From assembly GCA_002269645.1 (NCBI GenBank), contig NIVC01001891.1, positions 1 to 64,000 on the forward strand: a stretch of DNA of 64,000 nt, written 5' to 3'. Below the pieces are notes generated by a model that had not been told where the DNA came from, made no database searches, and saw only the letters and a list, made by a program, of their open reading frames with translations. Each line of letters begins with the position of its first letter. Within the stretch, counting starts at the first letter, position 1. The position numbers and the translations under genes are program-made. This stretch comes from Macrostomum lignano. Its lineage: Eukaryota. Of the stretch, positions 34,901 to 47,276 are shown piece by piece.

Positions 34901-37686
34901 TAATAAGGCGCCAAAGCTAATTCAAGGTGGCGCAATTGCCGTTGCCCCTGACCCCTTAGCTACGGCCTCTAGCTAATATTTCGATATTTGCATTGATCAG
35001 ACCGGATACTCGATCCGGCAACAAAGGCGCTGACAGCCGCTAGCGTGCGAGCCGCCGCCTCTCTGAGTCTGGAGATGTCGAATTCGATCGAAACAGAGCG
35101 ATCGCAGCCTCTGCGGCTGCCACTCTGCCCAGTGTGACCGGTAGAATGTCTCGAAGTCTTCAACAGTACCGGATGTGAAGTTTATCACCGTCATGTTGTT
35201 CAACTTTGCGGGAAAAACTGGAACTGGATCAACGTCGACGAAGAAGGCCGGCTCCCACAGGGCGTGACACGGTTGCACTGCCGGTCCCAGCAGGTCTGTT
35301 GGCATCGGCAGGTGCTCCGCCAGGCAGCCGCACTCCCTCAGGAATTCCAGCTGTCGCTGGCGAAGCAGACAGTCGCGCTGACCGGCGATGAAGCTCTGCT
35401 GTCTGCCACCCTCCGTGTAGGTGACGTTGCCCAGACTGTCTGTGCAGCTATAAGCCTTCCGGTTCAGCTTTGTCTCTTCGTGACGAGTCACCTTAGCGCT
35501 GACTCGCTGAGCGAGCGGCACTTTGAAGGCGGTTGTCATGTCCGGCGCTGTGCCTGTTAGTCATTGGTCAAGGTAATATTAATAATAATTTATAATTGAT
35601 TACACCTCGCCTAGTAGGCAGATAAGCAACCGACATCTGAAGGCTGCGTACGGCTGTTCAGTCCAAGTACTGGGGGTCGCCACACACATCCTCAATTACC
35701 CCAGCTAATGCTGGCACCCATTTTACAGCTGGGTGAATTGAAGCAATGCAGAGTGAAGTGTCTTGCTCAAGGACACAAATTGTTCCGAAAGGGGCCCGAA
35801 TCGAACCCCGACCCTTTCATTCGAGAGGATGACGCTCTAACCACTAGGCAACAATCCCTAGTTACTACATGGTGGGTCAAGGTAACTTGATACGCATGCA
35901 TAGATATTTAATTAGCTAGGTAATCTTGAAAATGAAAAACTTGCAACTTTTCTGGACTTGACATTATGCTCCGGATTAGGTATTTATGGATTAGGGATCA
36001 AGGTGTGTTCGTCTCTAGCTACGCTTTTTCAGCGGACGGAGTTTGCGGATGCTTGCGTCAGACTGCTGGCCGAACTGAACTAGGAAACTGTCGTTGCTGA
36101 ATAGTATATGCATCAAACAAAGGCGCTCTCTCCTAGTCCGCTACCGTCTTTATCTACGCATTTGATCCTAGCGTATCTCGTCTAAGTAAAAAAAAGATAG
36201 AATACACAACCAACAACAACAAGGCCGGCCTAAATAAGTAAACGAGCGTATATATATAAGGAATTAAATTAAGGGGGGTTGAGTGTACGCTCGTAGATAA
36301 GACAAGGAGGGGTGGAGGTCGCGACGAAAGAAGGAGGCGAGATCGAAGAGCCAATCAGAAGGCAGCGAGGGGAGAGAGCTAGAGAAAATAGCAAGACTAA
36401 ACTAGGCAGGAACGTTGAGTAAACAGAGTGAACAGACAAGTGCAGATGGACTAGGAAAGTCGAGTAAAGACTATACATGTACTTAAGAGCCCAAGGGCCG
36501 GAGAACAACATTTGGGTAGAATGGGACAGCCAATCAAAATTGGGTACGCAGTGGGCTAAGGGCAGAAGGAATGTGGTGGGGGTTGGCTCTTGTAGACGTG
36601 ATTACGATCCAATGCTTTCATCTTAGCAACGTGCTTTTGCTCGTGTTGTGCAGTCTCGCTTGAAAAATTCGTCCGATTGTTTTGCAGCAAAATATATTTT
36701 CAAGGTAATCAGTTTTCTTTATATCAAATCTAGGTTTGCTTCTTCAGTATCTAGGAAATTCTATACATTTATAACCTATACAAGACCTCCTTATCTTGTA
36801 AAAAGCATTGCTTTCTGAGCAGTCAGTCAGATGCAGTAAGGAACAGACACAATTTCAAGAGGCCCTACGCACCTGATGCTAGCAATTCGAACGAAAAATG
36901 CTAATATTTAGCGTCAAGAGTTGTGACACTAGACTGCTCTCTATACTATAGCTTACCGGGCTCGTGCAAGCTGATGGAGAAGCCCGGGATGTGGTTAATT
37001 TCCTCCTCTTCTGTGAGGAAGCTGTTCGCATCCGAGTACAGCAGCAGGAAAAGCCCCTTGCCCTCCTCCGTCTGTGCAATGCTCCGATCCTCCGGCGTGA
37101 ATGTGAAGCACAGGAAGCGCTCGGGGTCGCGGTACTCTGCGAACTCCTTGTCAAGATGGCAGTTTCGCGAGTTGAAAGTGCACGCTACCACCGTGTCTCG
37201 CAGCGTCTGGAACTGCTGCGAGCGGTAGGCGACCTGCTTCAGACTGAACATGCCGTCATCGTAGGAGCTGTAGGGATAGTAGGGAATCGCTGGGTGGGAC
37301 TCGTTCGACTTGATGCGGTACCAGATCCTCGCCAGGTCGTACGTCATGTCGTACACGGACCGGTTGCTGCCATACCTGTTGGGGATGCTCGAGTTCGAGT
37401 AGAAGTAGTGGATGTAGTCATTCGGACACACTGTCACCGACGGGAACTGGAAGTCGTCCAGACCTTCGAAGGCCTCGGTGTTGACCGGGTACTCCAAGTA
37501 GCGGGTGAGCAGCTGGCCAAGGTGGACGAAGAAGCCGACAACGGTGCCGAGGACGAACAGCAGCCAGACGGCGCGGTAGACGAGCGGCCCGTCGCTCAGA
37601 CGTCGCACGCCGTGGATTGTCGTCTCCCTGGAGAACACGCGGCCGATCTCGGAGCGACTCGCGTCTATACGGTCGGACAGGTGCAT
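31573..37686 (-). CDS. DEG/ENaC subunit, paralog B, 620 aa
   Basis: Exons 37686-36957, 35553-35003, 34532-34211, 31832-31573; phases match, 1863 nt; same intron positions and motifs as paralog A ([23 protein letters not shown]|LWMGAS). Two donors are weak (GTCTGA, GTTTGT). Confidence 0.88.
31851..32050 (+). repeat. (TAGT)n microsatellite near the acceptor of paralog B last exon
   Basis: Directly visible. Confidence 0.95.
32620..34175 (+). repeat. Minisatellite, 35-bp unit (tgagacagcaggacatttagaagacacagagtgga), in paralog B intron 3
   Basis: About 44 highly homogeneous units. Confidence 0.97.
34612..34918 (+). repeat. Minisatellite, 22-23-bp unit (aaagctactgctaatagggcgcc)
   Basis: About 13 units in paralog B intron 2. 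Confidence 0.95.
35575..35858 (-). mobile_element. tRNA-derived CORE-type SINE (copy 1)
   Basis: Minus strand: A box tagtggttagagc, B box ggttcgattc, CORE-like cttgagcaagacacttcactc...cccagctgtaaaatggg, (TTA)n-like tail. Confidence 0.8.
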
Positions 37687-38804
37687 ACTTGCTATACTGG
37701 CCAAGGTTCTAAAGTTCTAGGATTAAACGCGCTTCGCAAGATGCCTTGCTATCCAGGCAGATGTAGCTATATGTTCAGACGAATACAAAGTCTTCGAGAG
37801 ATTAGTTTGCAGACAGCGAATGACAGACGCCTGCTTCAGTTGGGGATGTTTTGAAATGCATTTAGCTGGCACCAATCAGCTTGGCCCTGAGCAGTGATTG
37901 GCACTGCGAGAAAACTCTCGCACTTTTTAGTAAAATGCCGACAAACAGAGGGCGATAGGTTCAGAACCTGCAGTAGATGACAGCAGGAACCCTTGATTGG
38001 AGAGGAGGCCACTTCTTGGTTGCCAAGGCGTTTTAGCACGATGGTCAATACATAATAATGACATTAAAATAATTGACATCCGCAACCAATGAGGCAATTC
38101 CGCGTACTCCGCAGATTCTCTGTGCCTTTGGGGGTTGGCTGGTGAACTAAATCGAAACAGAACGTCGTAGATTAAAAATAAACAAATCATTTGGAAACCG
38201 CAAACTTGAATTTTTGTTTTTTTTTACAATTCTCATTTATAATGACCCAACTAATAAACTGTTTATTATTACTGTTACATTAAATATTATCAACTGTAAA
38301 GTTCGACGGGGGGGCAGTTGTATTAATGACAATCACTAATTACAGCTTTTAGGTCAGAGCGAGCAAGTGAAAGAAAAAAAGAAAATAATTAATGCAACTC
38401 AGATATAGCAGAAAAAATATGATAATAATTAGTCTAACAGTCGTTAAAGTTAAACTTAACTAAACTACTAAAGCCTATAAACTATACAAAACCGTAGGAT
38501 AACAAAAATGGCAAATGAAGAACATACAAACCCCTTGCATTTAAATAATCTAAACACTTTAATTTTATTATTATTTTTTACATCGTTAATACTCTAAAGA
38601 GAAAAACACTATTGATAAAACTGCAATTAGCAAGAAAAAAACCTCAACGATTTGGGACCAAATTTGAAACAATATATGGAAAACATTACCGCAATTTTTG
38701 CTTCACAAATTTGAACAAAGTCTCTAACACCCTTGCATGCGTCTTTTCAATGCGACTAAAGTTCAAAACTTGTAGAACAAGACGCTGGCATAGTTAATGT
38801 GTCA

Positions 38805-41412
38805 TTACAGGCTGCATTTCTTCAGCTTCGATGACGGACCGCCAGACTCGTAAGATGACGAATAGCGATTCTTCCGTTTGAGCACCTGCCGCATCAGCTC
38901 AACGCTGGTGTCCGGGCTCTCTCTGGTGAAGTCCAACCACTCAGCGGTGGCCAGGACGCCGTCGGGACAGTCGCGAATGCACCGGATACAGGCGGATTTC
39001 AAGATTTCGCAATCGTACAGCCAGGCGATGCGAATGCAGCTGATTAAATTATCCGAGTTTAGCGAATAGGACAACCGTTGAGAGCACAGTTCGATTAGGG
39101 ATTTCACCTGCAACAGTTCGAGATATTCGAGTTTTGCTTGTGTGCTAAGTGACCCGAATATCTGCAGGATTGTTGGGTTGAGTGGCTGACTGAGTAACAG
39201 ATAAGGGTGGGAAAGTGACAGACAGATTAGGGGTGTCTGAGTGACAGATTAAGGTTGTCTAAGTGACAGATTAGGGGTGTTTAAGTGACAGGTTAGGGGT
39301 ATTTAAATAACAGTTTAGGGGTGACAGACTAGAGGTGTCTGAGTGACAGATTAGGGGTGTCTGAGTGACAGACTAGAGGTGTCTGAGTGACAGACTAGAG
39401 GTGTCTGAGTGACAGACTAGAGGTGTCTGAGTGACAGACTAGAGGTGTCTGAGTGACAGACTAGGGGTGTCTGAGTGACAGATTAGGGGTGTCTGAGTGA
39501 CAGACTAGAGGTGTCTGAGTGACAGATTAGGGGTGTCTGAGCGACAGATTAGGGGTGTCTGAGTGACAGATTAGGGGGTGTTTAAGTGACAGATTAGGGG
39601 TGTCTGAGTGACAGACTAGAGGTGTCTGAGTGACAGATTAGGGGTGTCTGAGCGACAGATTAGGGGTGTCTGAGTGACAGACTAGAGGTGTCTGAGTGAC
39701 AGACTAGAGGTGTCTGAGTGACAGACTAGAGGTGTCTGAGTGACAAACTAGGAGTGTCTGGTTGCCAGGTGATTGACAGGGTTCGTAATTGGCAGAAAGG
39801 GGACTATTTAAAATCAACATACCACACTGTACACTGACCTGATACAGGTGGGCCATCTTCATCAGTTCGAGAGCTCGGTCCTGCAGCTCGGTCCTGCTAA
39901 TCCTACCGCCGTACAAGTACACAAAGAACAGACGAATAGTTTCCACCGAGAAACTATCAATGACAATCTCTGATTCAGTTGATTCTTTACAAGAATTCGA
40001 GATCATAGCGGCGAACACCTCGCTGCGGACGCACAGTACGCACTTGTGCACTTTAATCACGGTATCGCCTGGGGCCAGTATCCTCAGATCGGAGAATGAA
40101 CCATCAACAAGTAGGCCGCTAAAGTCGCAGGCCTCCATTTGATAGTACACCTGATCGGCGTCCGGACCGTCAGCTGCTGTTGGACTGCACGGCCGGACTG
40201 ATGGGCAGAGATGGAGCCGCGGATTCTGGCACTGCTGACAGCTGTGACACTGACGCTCGGAATTGGTGGACGGATCGGCTGACACGGTCTCTTCAATGGA
40301 GAATTCAACGTGAGCTCGGACAATGAGATTTTCGCTACTCTCCAGCATCAGGCGTTGGGCGAACCTGGCGTGACCGAAGCCGCGGTAGCTGTTGTTGTCC
40401 CGGCTGGTGATGTGCCGGTTGCGGTTGCTGAGGTCGCCGATCTTTGACCTGAGAGAGAGAGAGAGGGATTGGGTTTTACTACTTAGCTAGTAGTCTAGGG
40501 TTATAGCCTAGGGACTCACGACTGAAAGGTCGGGGGTTCGATTACCGATCCCACTGGAACAATTTGTGTGCTTGAGTAAGACACTTCACTCTACACTGCT
40601 TCAGTTCACCCAGCTGTAAAATGGGTGCCAGCATTAGCTGGGGTAATTGAGGGTGTGTGTGGCGACCCACCCCCTTAGTCCTTGGACTGAACAGCCGTAC
40701 GCAGCCTTCAGATGCGCCGCGCAATAGCTGCGACTGAGCTGTCGGTTGCACATCTGCCCCAAGTGGGGCAGGTGTAATCAATTATTATTATTATTGGTTT
40801 GTTAGTTAGCTATAATAAAAATATTTGATTACACCTACCCTAATGGGGTAGGTCCAGGGTAGGTGTAATTCCGATGACTTCTGAGCACACACACGCTCAC
40901 ATAGGGTGCACAGCGGCCCCGACTTTTATCGTTAGACAGTGCACACACTGAACATCGGGGCTGGCCTTAATGGTGGCATGAAATCGCAAACAAAAATTGC
41001 ATCTCAGCCTACTAACAGTAAACACAATAGTTTTTGCTTATTTTACTCACCCATTATCTAATTCGATCTCAAAGCCAAATCGAACGGACACCTCCTTGAC
41101 TTCGCCATACTCAGCAACCATCAGGAACAATCCAAAGAAGGATGTGGCAGCCTCTTCCCGTTTCTCTTTTAGATACATTTTGAAAGCAAAATCTGGCACA
41201 TTGTTAGCGTAGAAAGCATCGGACTCAAAGCATCGGTCTTTATAGTTGTGAAAATTCCATTGGGCAATGCGCCACTCCAGACTCATTGTGTGCACCGTGA
41301 TGTCCGAGTGGATCACCTGGACAGATGATTCGGTATCTGATACGGCATTTGCACTGCCACTGCCGCCATTACGACGGTCAGTAGTTGAGGAAGTGTGACT
41401 GATAACGCGCAT
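38805..41412 (-). CDS. MATH-BTB-BACK protein (SPOP/TDPOZ-like cullin-3 adaptor), 424 aa
   Basis: Exons 41412-41051, 40448-39839, 39107-38805; phases match, 1275 nt. MATH (LEWRIAQW...FKMYL...FGLFL...VSVRFGFEI), BTB (FSDLRI...IKVHKCVLCVRSEVFAAM...FFVYLYGG...AHLYQV), BACK (LIELC...IAWLYDCEILKSACIRCI). Confidence 0.87.
39185..39760 (+). repeat. Minisatellite, 22-bp unit (ttaggggtgtctgagtgacaga / ctagaggtgtctgagtgacaga)
   Basis: About 25 units in intron 2 of the MATH-BTB gene. Confidence 0.95.
40485..40797 (+). mobile_element. tRNA-derived CORE-type SINE (copy 2)
   Basis: Homologous to 35575-35858 in opposite orientation; B box ggttcgatt, CORE-like segment, (TTA)n tail. Confidence 0.8.
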
Positions 41413-42234
41413 TTGAGCTTAGCTGGATGTGTACTTGTGTGTTTATTTATACCATGCAGTGCAATGATCATAATTAAAATAATGGAGCTGCATAGTTTTT
41501 AATGTAATTACAACAAAGGCTACAGGATGCTTTAGTTAGGTACATACAAACTTAAGTTTCCACCGAAATGCAACATATTGGTATTTAAAGAGCCTTTTTG
41601 CATTACAGCTTAGCTCTGTATGGAATTTAATTTTTTTTGTAATAAACATACTTTGCCTAATTTATCACCTGGTCAGATCAGAGTCTGATCAGGCCTAGTC
41701 TAGAATTTTCTATATACAATCTTGCAGGTTTTTATAAGCTTGCAAAACAATAATTGGAGAGGGCAAATAAAACTATTTGTTTTCTATTTCTAATGGCAGT
41801 AGTTGACAATGGCCTATGGGAAACTGCTAACATGCAATATAGTGTATTTAGTTATGAGTACATATCCATTTCTTAAACATTACTTTGATTATTTTGAAAT
41901 TATAGTCAAATTAGTTTTATTATAATATTTTTAAAAAGTATTCTATTAATAAATTTGTTTTGATATCATTTAAAAGTATAATGTAAGGCCAATTTTAGAA
42001 TGCAGAAACAACCTGATCTTTGACTTTCTCTGCTCTAGAAAAACAAGATCTTTGGAAGTGAAAGACCATAATATTATGAGGAAATCATTGTACAAAGTGG
42101 ACTGTAAAGCTATATAGCAAGACCAATGCCACACTACACAAGGCATTGTGTAGTAATAAGCCCCTACCATCTTAACCACAATGTGCATGTAGTATGAAAA
42201 ATGTGTTGTTTGAGTCTGTGACCCAGAGACTTAC

Positions 42235-42610
42235 AATTCTAGGAACTTAAGAGCTCCCCTCAACCCTCACATTGAAAATGAAAACATTCATCTTAACTTT
42301 ATTCTACCACCTAACCCCAATGAGCACATGGAATTAAAACTCTATTGCTTAAGTCCCTAACCCTAGGGACTGAAGAGCTCCTCTGCATTGAAAGTGAAAA
42401 TATACATCTTAACTTTAGTTAGTCTCCCCATCACCTAACAATGCAGCATGCATATGGCATTGAAACTCTGTTGCTTAGTCTCCAAATCCATGTAGGGACT
42501 TAAGAGCTCCCCTTTGAAAGTGAAAACATTCATCTTAACTTTAGCCTTTATTACCCAACCACACCATAGAGATGGCATTGACAATGAAATTCCAGGAACT
42601 TAAGAGTTCC
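42235..42610 (+). repeat. Degenerate tandem repeat, 3-4 copies of ~120-140 bp
   Basis: Recurrent aggaacttaagagctcc and ttgaaa(a/g)tgaaaacattcatcttaacttt blocks. Confidence 0.7.
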
Positions 42611-43248
42611 TCTCAGTTTGATTTAAAATTGACAATATTCATTTATTTATATTATCCTAACTCTATCAAATCAATAACCCCAATGGCCTGTCAATTCTCA
42701 GTTAAGTAGATAATATTATTAGATATGTAAAGTACAAGTTCTCATAACTATATAGTCATAGGCCTATTGAAATCTAGACTCCAGAAGATTACATATCTGC
42801 CAGAAAATTCTAGCATACAACTGACCTCTTTCAAAGTTGGTGTATAAATTTTGGCATATAAATTCATGCAGATTGTTTGGCATACAAATTTATGCTGCAC
42901 ATGACAATTTTAATGAAAATAAATGTTTTTATATAAAATAGACAAAAATTCATTCATATTTAAAAGTCAATTATAAATTTTGGCTTTTTATAAATAACAT
43001 TAATTAAAAAAAGCTGGGTTTTTTGTGCAAAGGGTGCAAACAGCATCCTGGTCTGCAAATTTTTTGCAAAGATGTGATGCAGATTTAAAAATTTAGTGTT
43101 ATGGATGTCTTAAGTCTGTAACTTTGTATTCTTAGAATTAGCCAGTAATTTTTTGAATTCTTAATTAATGTAATTTAAGGAATTTTCAACTGTCAATTAA
43201 ATTTTGGTAAGCAGAACCTGATGAATTGAACACTGAATGGTGGACAGC

Positions 43249-43354
43249 CTGGGTTTTTTTGTGCAAATAGGTGCGAATAGCATCCTGGTCTTGAAATTGC
43301 ACCCTGAAATCTAGCACAGGGTGCCAAACCCAAGCTATGGACAAAAAAACCCAG
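43249..43354. mobile_element. 106-bp MITE-like element (partial second copy at 43015-43062)
   Basis: Perfect 14-bp TIR ctgggtttttttgt; internal gcaccctgaaat shared with the element at 54682-57544; no TSD seen. Confidence 0.55.
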
Positions 43355-44104
43355 AAAAAGAGTAAAAATATTGCTTAAAACTTTAATTACACAGCATTAT
43401 TTCTAAAGGTATTTATTAATTTTGTTTAAAATTGGAATATTTATATTATTTTAAAAAGAACTTCCTTACATAAACCTTTTCTAGGAAACTCAACTTGTAA
43501 AAACCAAATTACCTTTTTAAGAGAACTTTTTTGGTATAAATTTTAGGCATATTTTCCATTTTTGGCATATATTGGCATACATTTTGTCAAGATAGAATTA
43601 TTGTTCTGGCATAAACTACTACATAATCTGGACCCTAGATCCACATTTATATGCTTTGCCAAAAAACCTCTATATCAATAACTTATTATAGCTATATCCA
43701 GTGTTAGGCACAATTCAGATATTTCAATACTCTGATACTATTAGAGTTTGGTAACTTCCAATACAATTTTCAAATTTTCCAGATAGTCTAATAGTCCAAT
43801 ACTTTTAGCTACTGATTGCTATTTGTTTCTACAATTTCTATAAGATAGTAAATATACACGAGTACTACACTATAGTGTCCCAAGCCCGCAGCCGGCCTCC
43901 CGCCCCCTGATCTTGCAGAGTGTGGACCGGGGGCCTGCCGGAGCCTCGCCTGGGAGCAATCCTGGGGAAAGATGGCAACCCAAAGCCTTCCTGCTGTTCG
44001 CCGTGGCAGGGGGTAGCTCCTCGGAGCTGGCTGGGGGTATACCCAGTCCCCGAGCGGTCGGTCTGCCTTTTTCTAATTTGTGTTTCTTCTCCGTTTCAGC
44101 TTCT

Positions 44105-45022
44105 ATGGATTCTAAACAAAAATCTCTTCCGGCTCAGGAGCCGGCAACTCCCGCGGCCGGGGGTCCAAAAATCCCCCAACCCTCCAGCTCGGAGGTATTT
44201 CTCTCCGCGAACCCCGCGGTTACTACCCTAAGTGGGGCTAATTCGACTCCCACTGGTGGAGATTCTGGTGGTGACACAACCACGTACCGCGACAGCGAGG
44301 CTAACGCGGCTCCCAGCACTGTCCGCAAGAGGCAGCAGCCTGAGGACCGCACGCTTACCCCCCAGGACCCGAAGCGCTCTAAGGGCAGGGGGACAGCCGG
44401 CTCCTATGCCAAGGTGGCTGCTGAGCCCCTCCATAAAATCTGCGTCCGTGCGGCCAGCGGGACGCTGAGTGACGCCCAGATGGAAGGTGCTATTGCCCTC
44501 GTTGACGACTTCCTCTAGGATAACGACCATCTCGGTGTTGAGGTCGAGTCAGTCAGATTCGCCAACGGCAATCTCATCCTCGCTTTCAAAAGTGAGGTCC
44601 ATCTGAGCACTGCCTTAGCCAACCTGCCCAGCATCGACTGGAGTACCTCCACGGCACAGCTCCCGGAGCTGGTCGTTGAGAAGGCCCGTCCTCCGCCTCC
44701 ATGTAAGAGGTATAGGGCCTTCTATTCCGGGCACAGGACGATCGAGGAGATCCGTGGTCGTCTTGTCGCCAAGCACCCCGAGTTGCCGGCGGACGGCCTC
44801 CGGGCCTACAAGGAGGTGCCGGCCAAGGACGGCAACGGGAAGACCCTCTACATGGGCCTCTCCGCTGATTGGGAGCGCCACATGCAAGGCAAAGACCACG
44901 CCGCCTACGTTGGGGCATGGAAGTTAGTCTTCCACCTCATCCCTAGGAAGAAGCGCAACGCCAGCGGTGAGCAGCGCCGAGACGATCCCGAGAGCCCGGA
45001 TAGCTCTGAGGGCGAGACTTAA
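44105..45022 (+). pseudogene. LINE ORF1 (305 aa) with one in-frame TAG at 44516-44518
   Basis: The two ORF-track pieces (43913-44518 and 44783-45022) lie in one frame; translation continues through the TAG ([12 protein letters not shown]...). Confidence 0.75.
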
Positions 45023-47276
45023 GCTGTTCTCGACCCGCCATGCCCAGATCTTCAATGATGAGGCGTGACCGTCTGAGGACCAACCCGGCGGGTGGGTCCA
45101 ATGATGATTTCACCACACTCACGCAAAACAGTGATCATAACCTGCACATCGTGCAGATTAATCTGCACCACGCGGTCGCAGCCTCCAGCAGCCTCACCGA
45201 CACCCTCAATGGCACCGGTGTTGACATCTACCTCATCCAGGAGCCTTACACCGTGAGAGGTAAGCCCACCCTGCTGCCGAAAGGCTACCAGATCCTCTTC
45301 CTCTCTGGAGGGGAAACCCCTAGGGCCATTGCTCTGGTCAAGTACGAGCTCGCAGCCATGCTCATGCCGATGTTTTGCAATAAAGACATCTGTACCTTCA
45401 CCGTGAACGGGATGATTTTCTCATCCGTGTACATGGACATTCAGGATGAGCTTCCGTCACCCCTCCTGCAGGATCTCGCAAACTATTGTATCATCGAGAA
45501 CCGGAACCTCATTATTGGTTGCGACGCTAATGCTCACAACACTGCGTGGGCTAGCAGTAACACTAACCTTAGAGGTAGTATGCTTATTGATTTCATTAAC
45601 ACCTCGAATTTGCATATTTGCAACTTGGGGCGTAAACCCACCTTTGCGAATGCTAGCAGGAAAGAGGTCATTGATCTCACCCTTGCGTCCAGTAGCATCC
45701 TTAATCGGATTCAAAATTGGAGGGTCAGGGACGATATCCCCTCGCTCTCGGACCATTTCTACATCCATTTCAGCGTCACAGCTGGCGGCGCTCGCGTCAC
45801 CAAGGCGAACCGTCCCAATTTAAAAAGGGCGGATTGGACTGGCTTCAGAAGGGACCTTGAGTCTCTGATCAGCAGCGAACCGGCCGATGACCTGGAAGGC
45901 TGCGATGATATTCCGAGCATTGAAGCACGCTGCAACAAACTTGTCGAGCTGCTTAATGCGGCCACGATCAAGAACGCTCCTCCAATTGTCAGTAGAAAGA
46001 AGTACTCACCTTGGTGGAACAAGGAGCTCACCCGCTTAAAAAAGGCCTCCCGTCGGCTGCATCGGATTGCCAACCGGAACAACACCCCAGAAGACTGGGA
46101 GAACTACCACTCTGCTTTGAGAATCTACAAGAGTTGCATCCGGAAGGCCAAAAAGGACACCTGGAAGGCCTTCTGCGCCGGTTTAGAGGGCCAGCATCCT
46201 ACTGCCCGGCTGGTCAAGTCCCTCAGGCATGACAACCTCGCCCAGTGTAACTCCCTCCTCCATTTGGATGGCAACTATTCCAGAACCGCCGAGGAATCCC
46301 TCAATCTGCTTTTCTCAGCTTGTTTCCCCACATGCGAGCATCCTGAGCAAATCATTGCTGATCACAACCCAAGAGATCGACAGCTTTTCGAGCAGTGCGC
46401 CACCAAGAACTTAATTCAGCTGGCCGCCAACACTTTTAAGCCGTTCAAAGCCCCCGGCATTGACAATATCGCCCCCTGTGTTCTCCAGGAAGCGGTTAAG
46501 CTGCAGAGCTTCTCTGCCTTTTTCTCTAAGCTCATCACCGACTGTTTCACCACTGGGTACATTCCCACTATCTGGAGGACCGCTCAGGTGGTCTTCATCC
46601 CCAAGCCTGCCAAAGGCGACTATACTAATGTGAAATCTTTCCGCCCCATCAGCCTTACATCCTTCTGCATTAAGCTGATGGAGAGACTCATCTTGTGGAG
46701 GCTGCGCGACTGCGAGTTAAGGACGGCACCCATAAGTAAGCACCAATTCGCCTTCTAGCCAGGTAAAACCACAGATACTATAAACACTAGATAGGCCACT
46801 CAGGCTAATTTTCTGGGCAAGTTTTTTATTCTACTTTCTGCTTAGTAGCAATGAAAGGAAGCAACAGTATTATTTGCTAAGTTAGACAAATCGAGCGACT
46901 GTTCTTGAGACATCGTTTGCTATAAGATCGTCATAGACAACTAACTTGTTTTGGGCAGTAAGGGTGTACATTAAGACGCGACAGTGTACAATTCCGCTTA
47001 TCTTTTAAGTTTTAAAGTGGATGAAGGGGTAGTCTGAAATGGGGTTGATATCGGTTTCGTATAAGGCAGGGTGAGAGGATCGATAATTTAGGCGCACTGG
47101 TGGTGGGATAGAAAACCAAGGACTGCACATAGCTAGCCTGGGTTAGGGGTGGGGTTTGAGAGGTTGGGGGTTAGAAATTTTGGGGCTGGCAAATCGTGTT
47201 TAAATACAAGCTTATATTGATAAACAGGAAAAGAGTCAAGAGTTAATGAAAGTACTAGCTTTTCTATCTCGTAGAG

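Noticed and set aside
36089-36510. Solo-LTR-like segment (TG...CA ends, CCAAT and TATA-like boxes)
   Set aside because: No target-site duplication and no second copy in the window; similar-looking 11770-12100 also unsupported.
39185-39760. Interstitial telomere
   Set aside because: TTAGGG occurs only as part of a 22-bp unit, never as tandem hexamers.
44516-46758. Reassigned TAG codon (alternative genetic code)
   Set aside because: PAF-AH and DEG/ENaC paralog B end in TAG at positions consistent with true C-termini.
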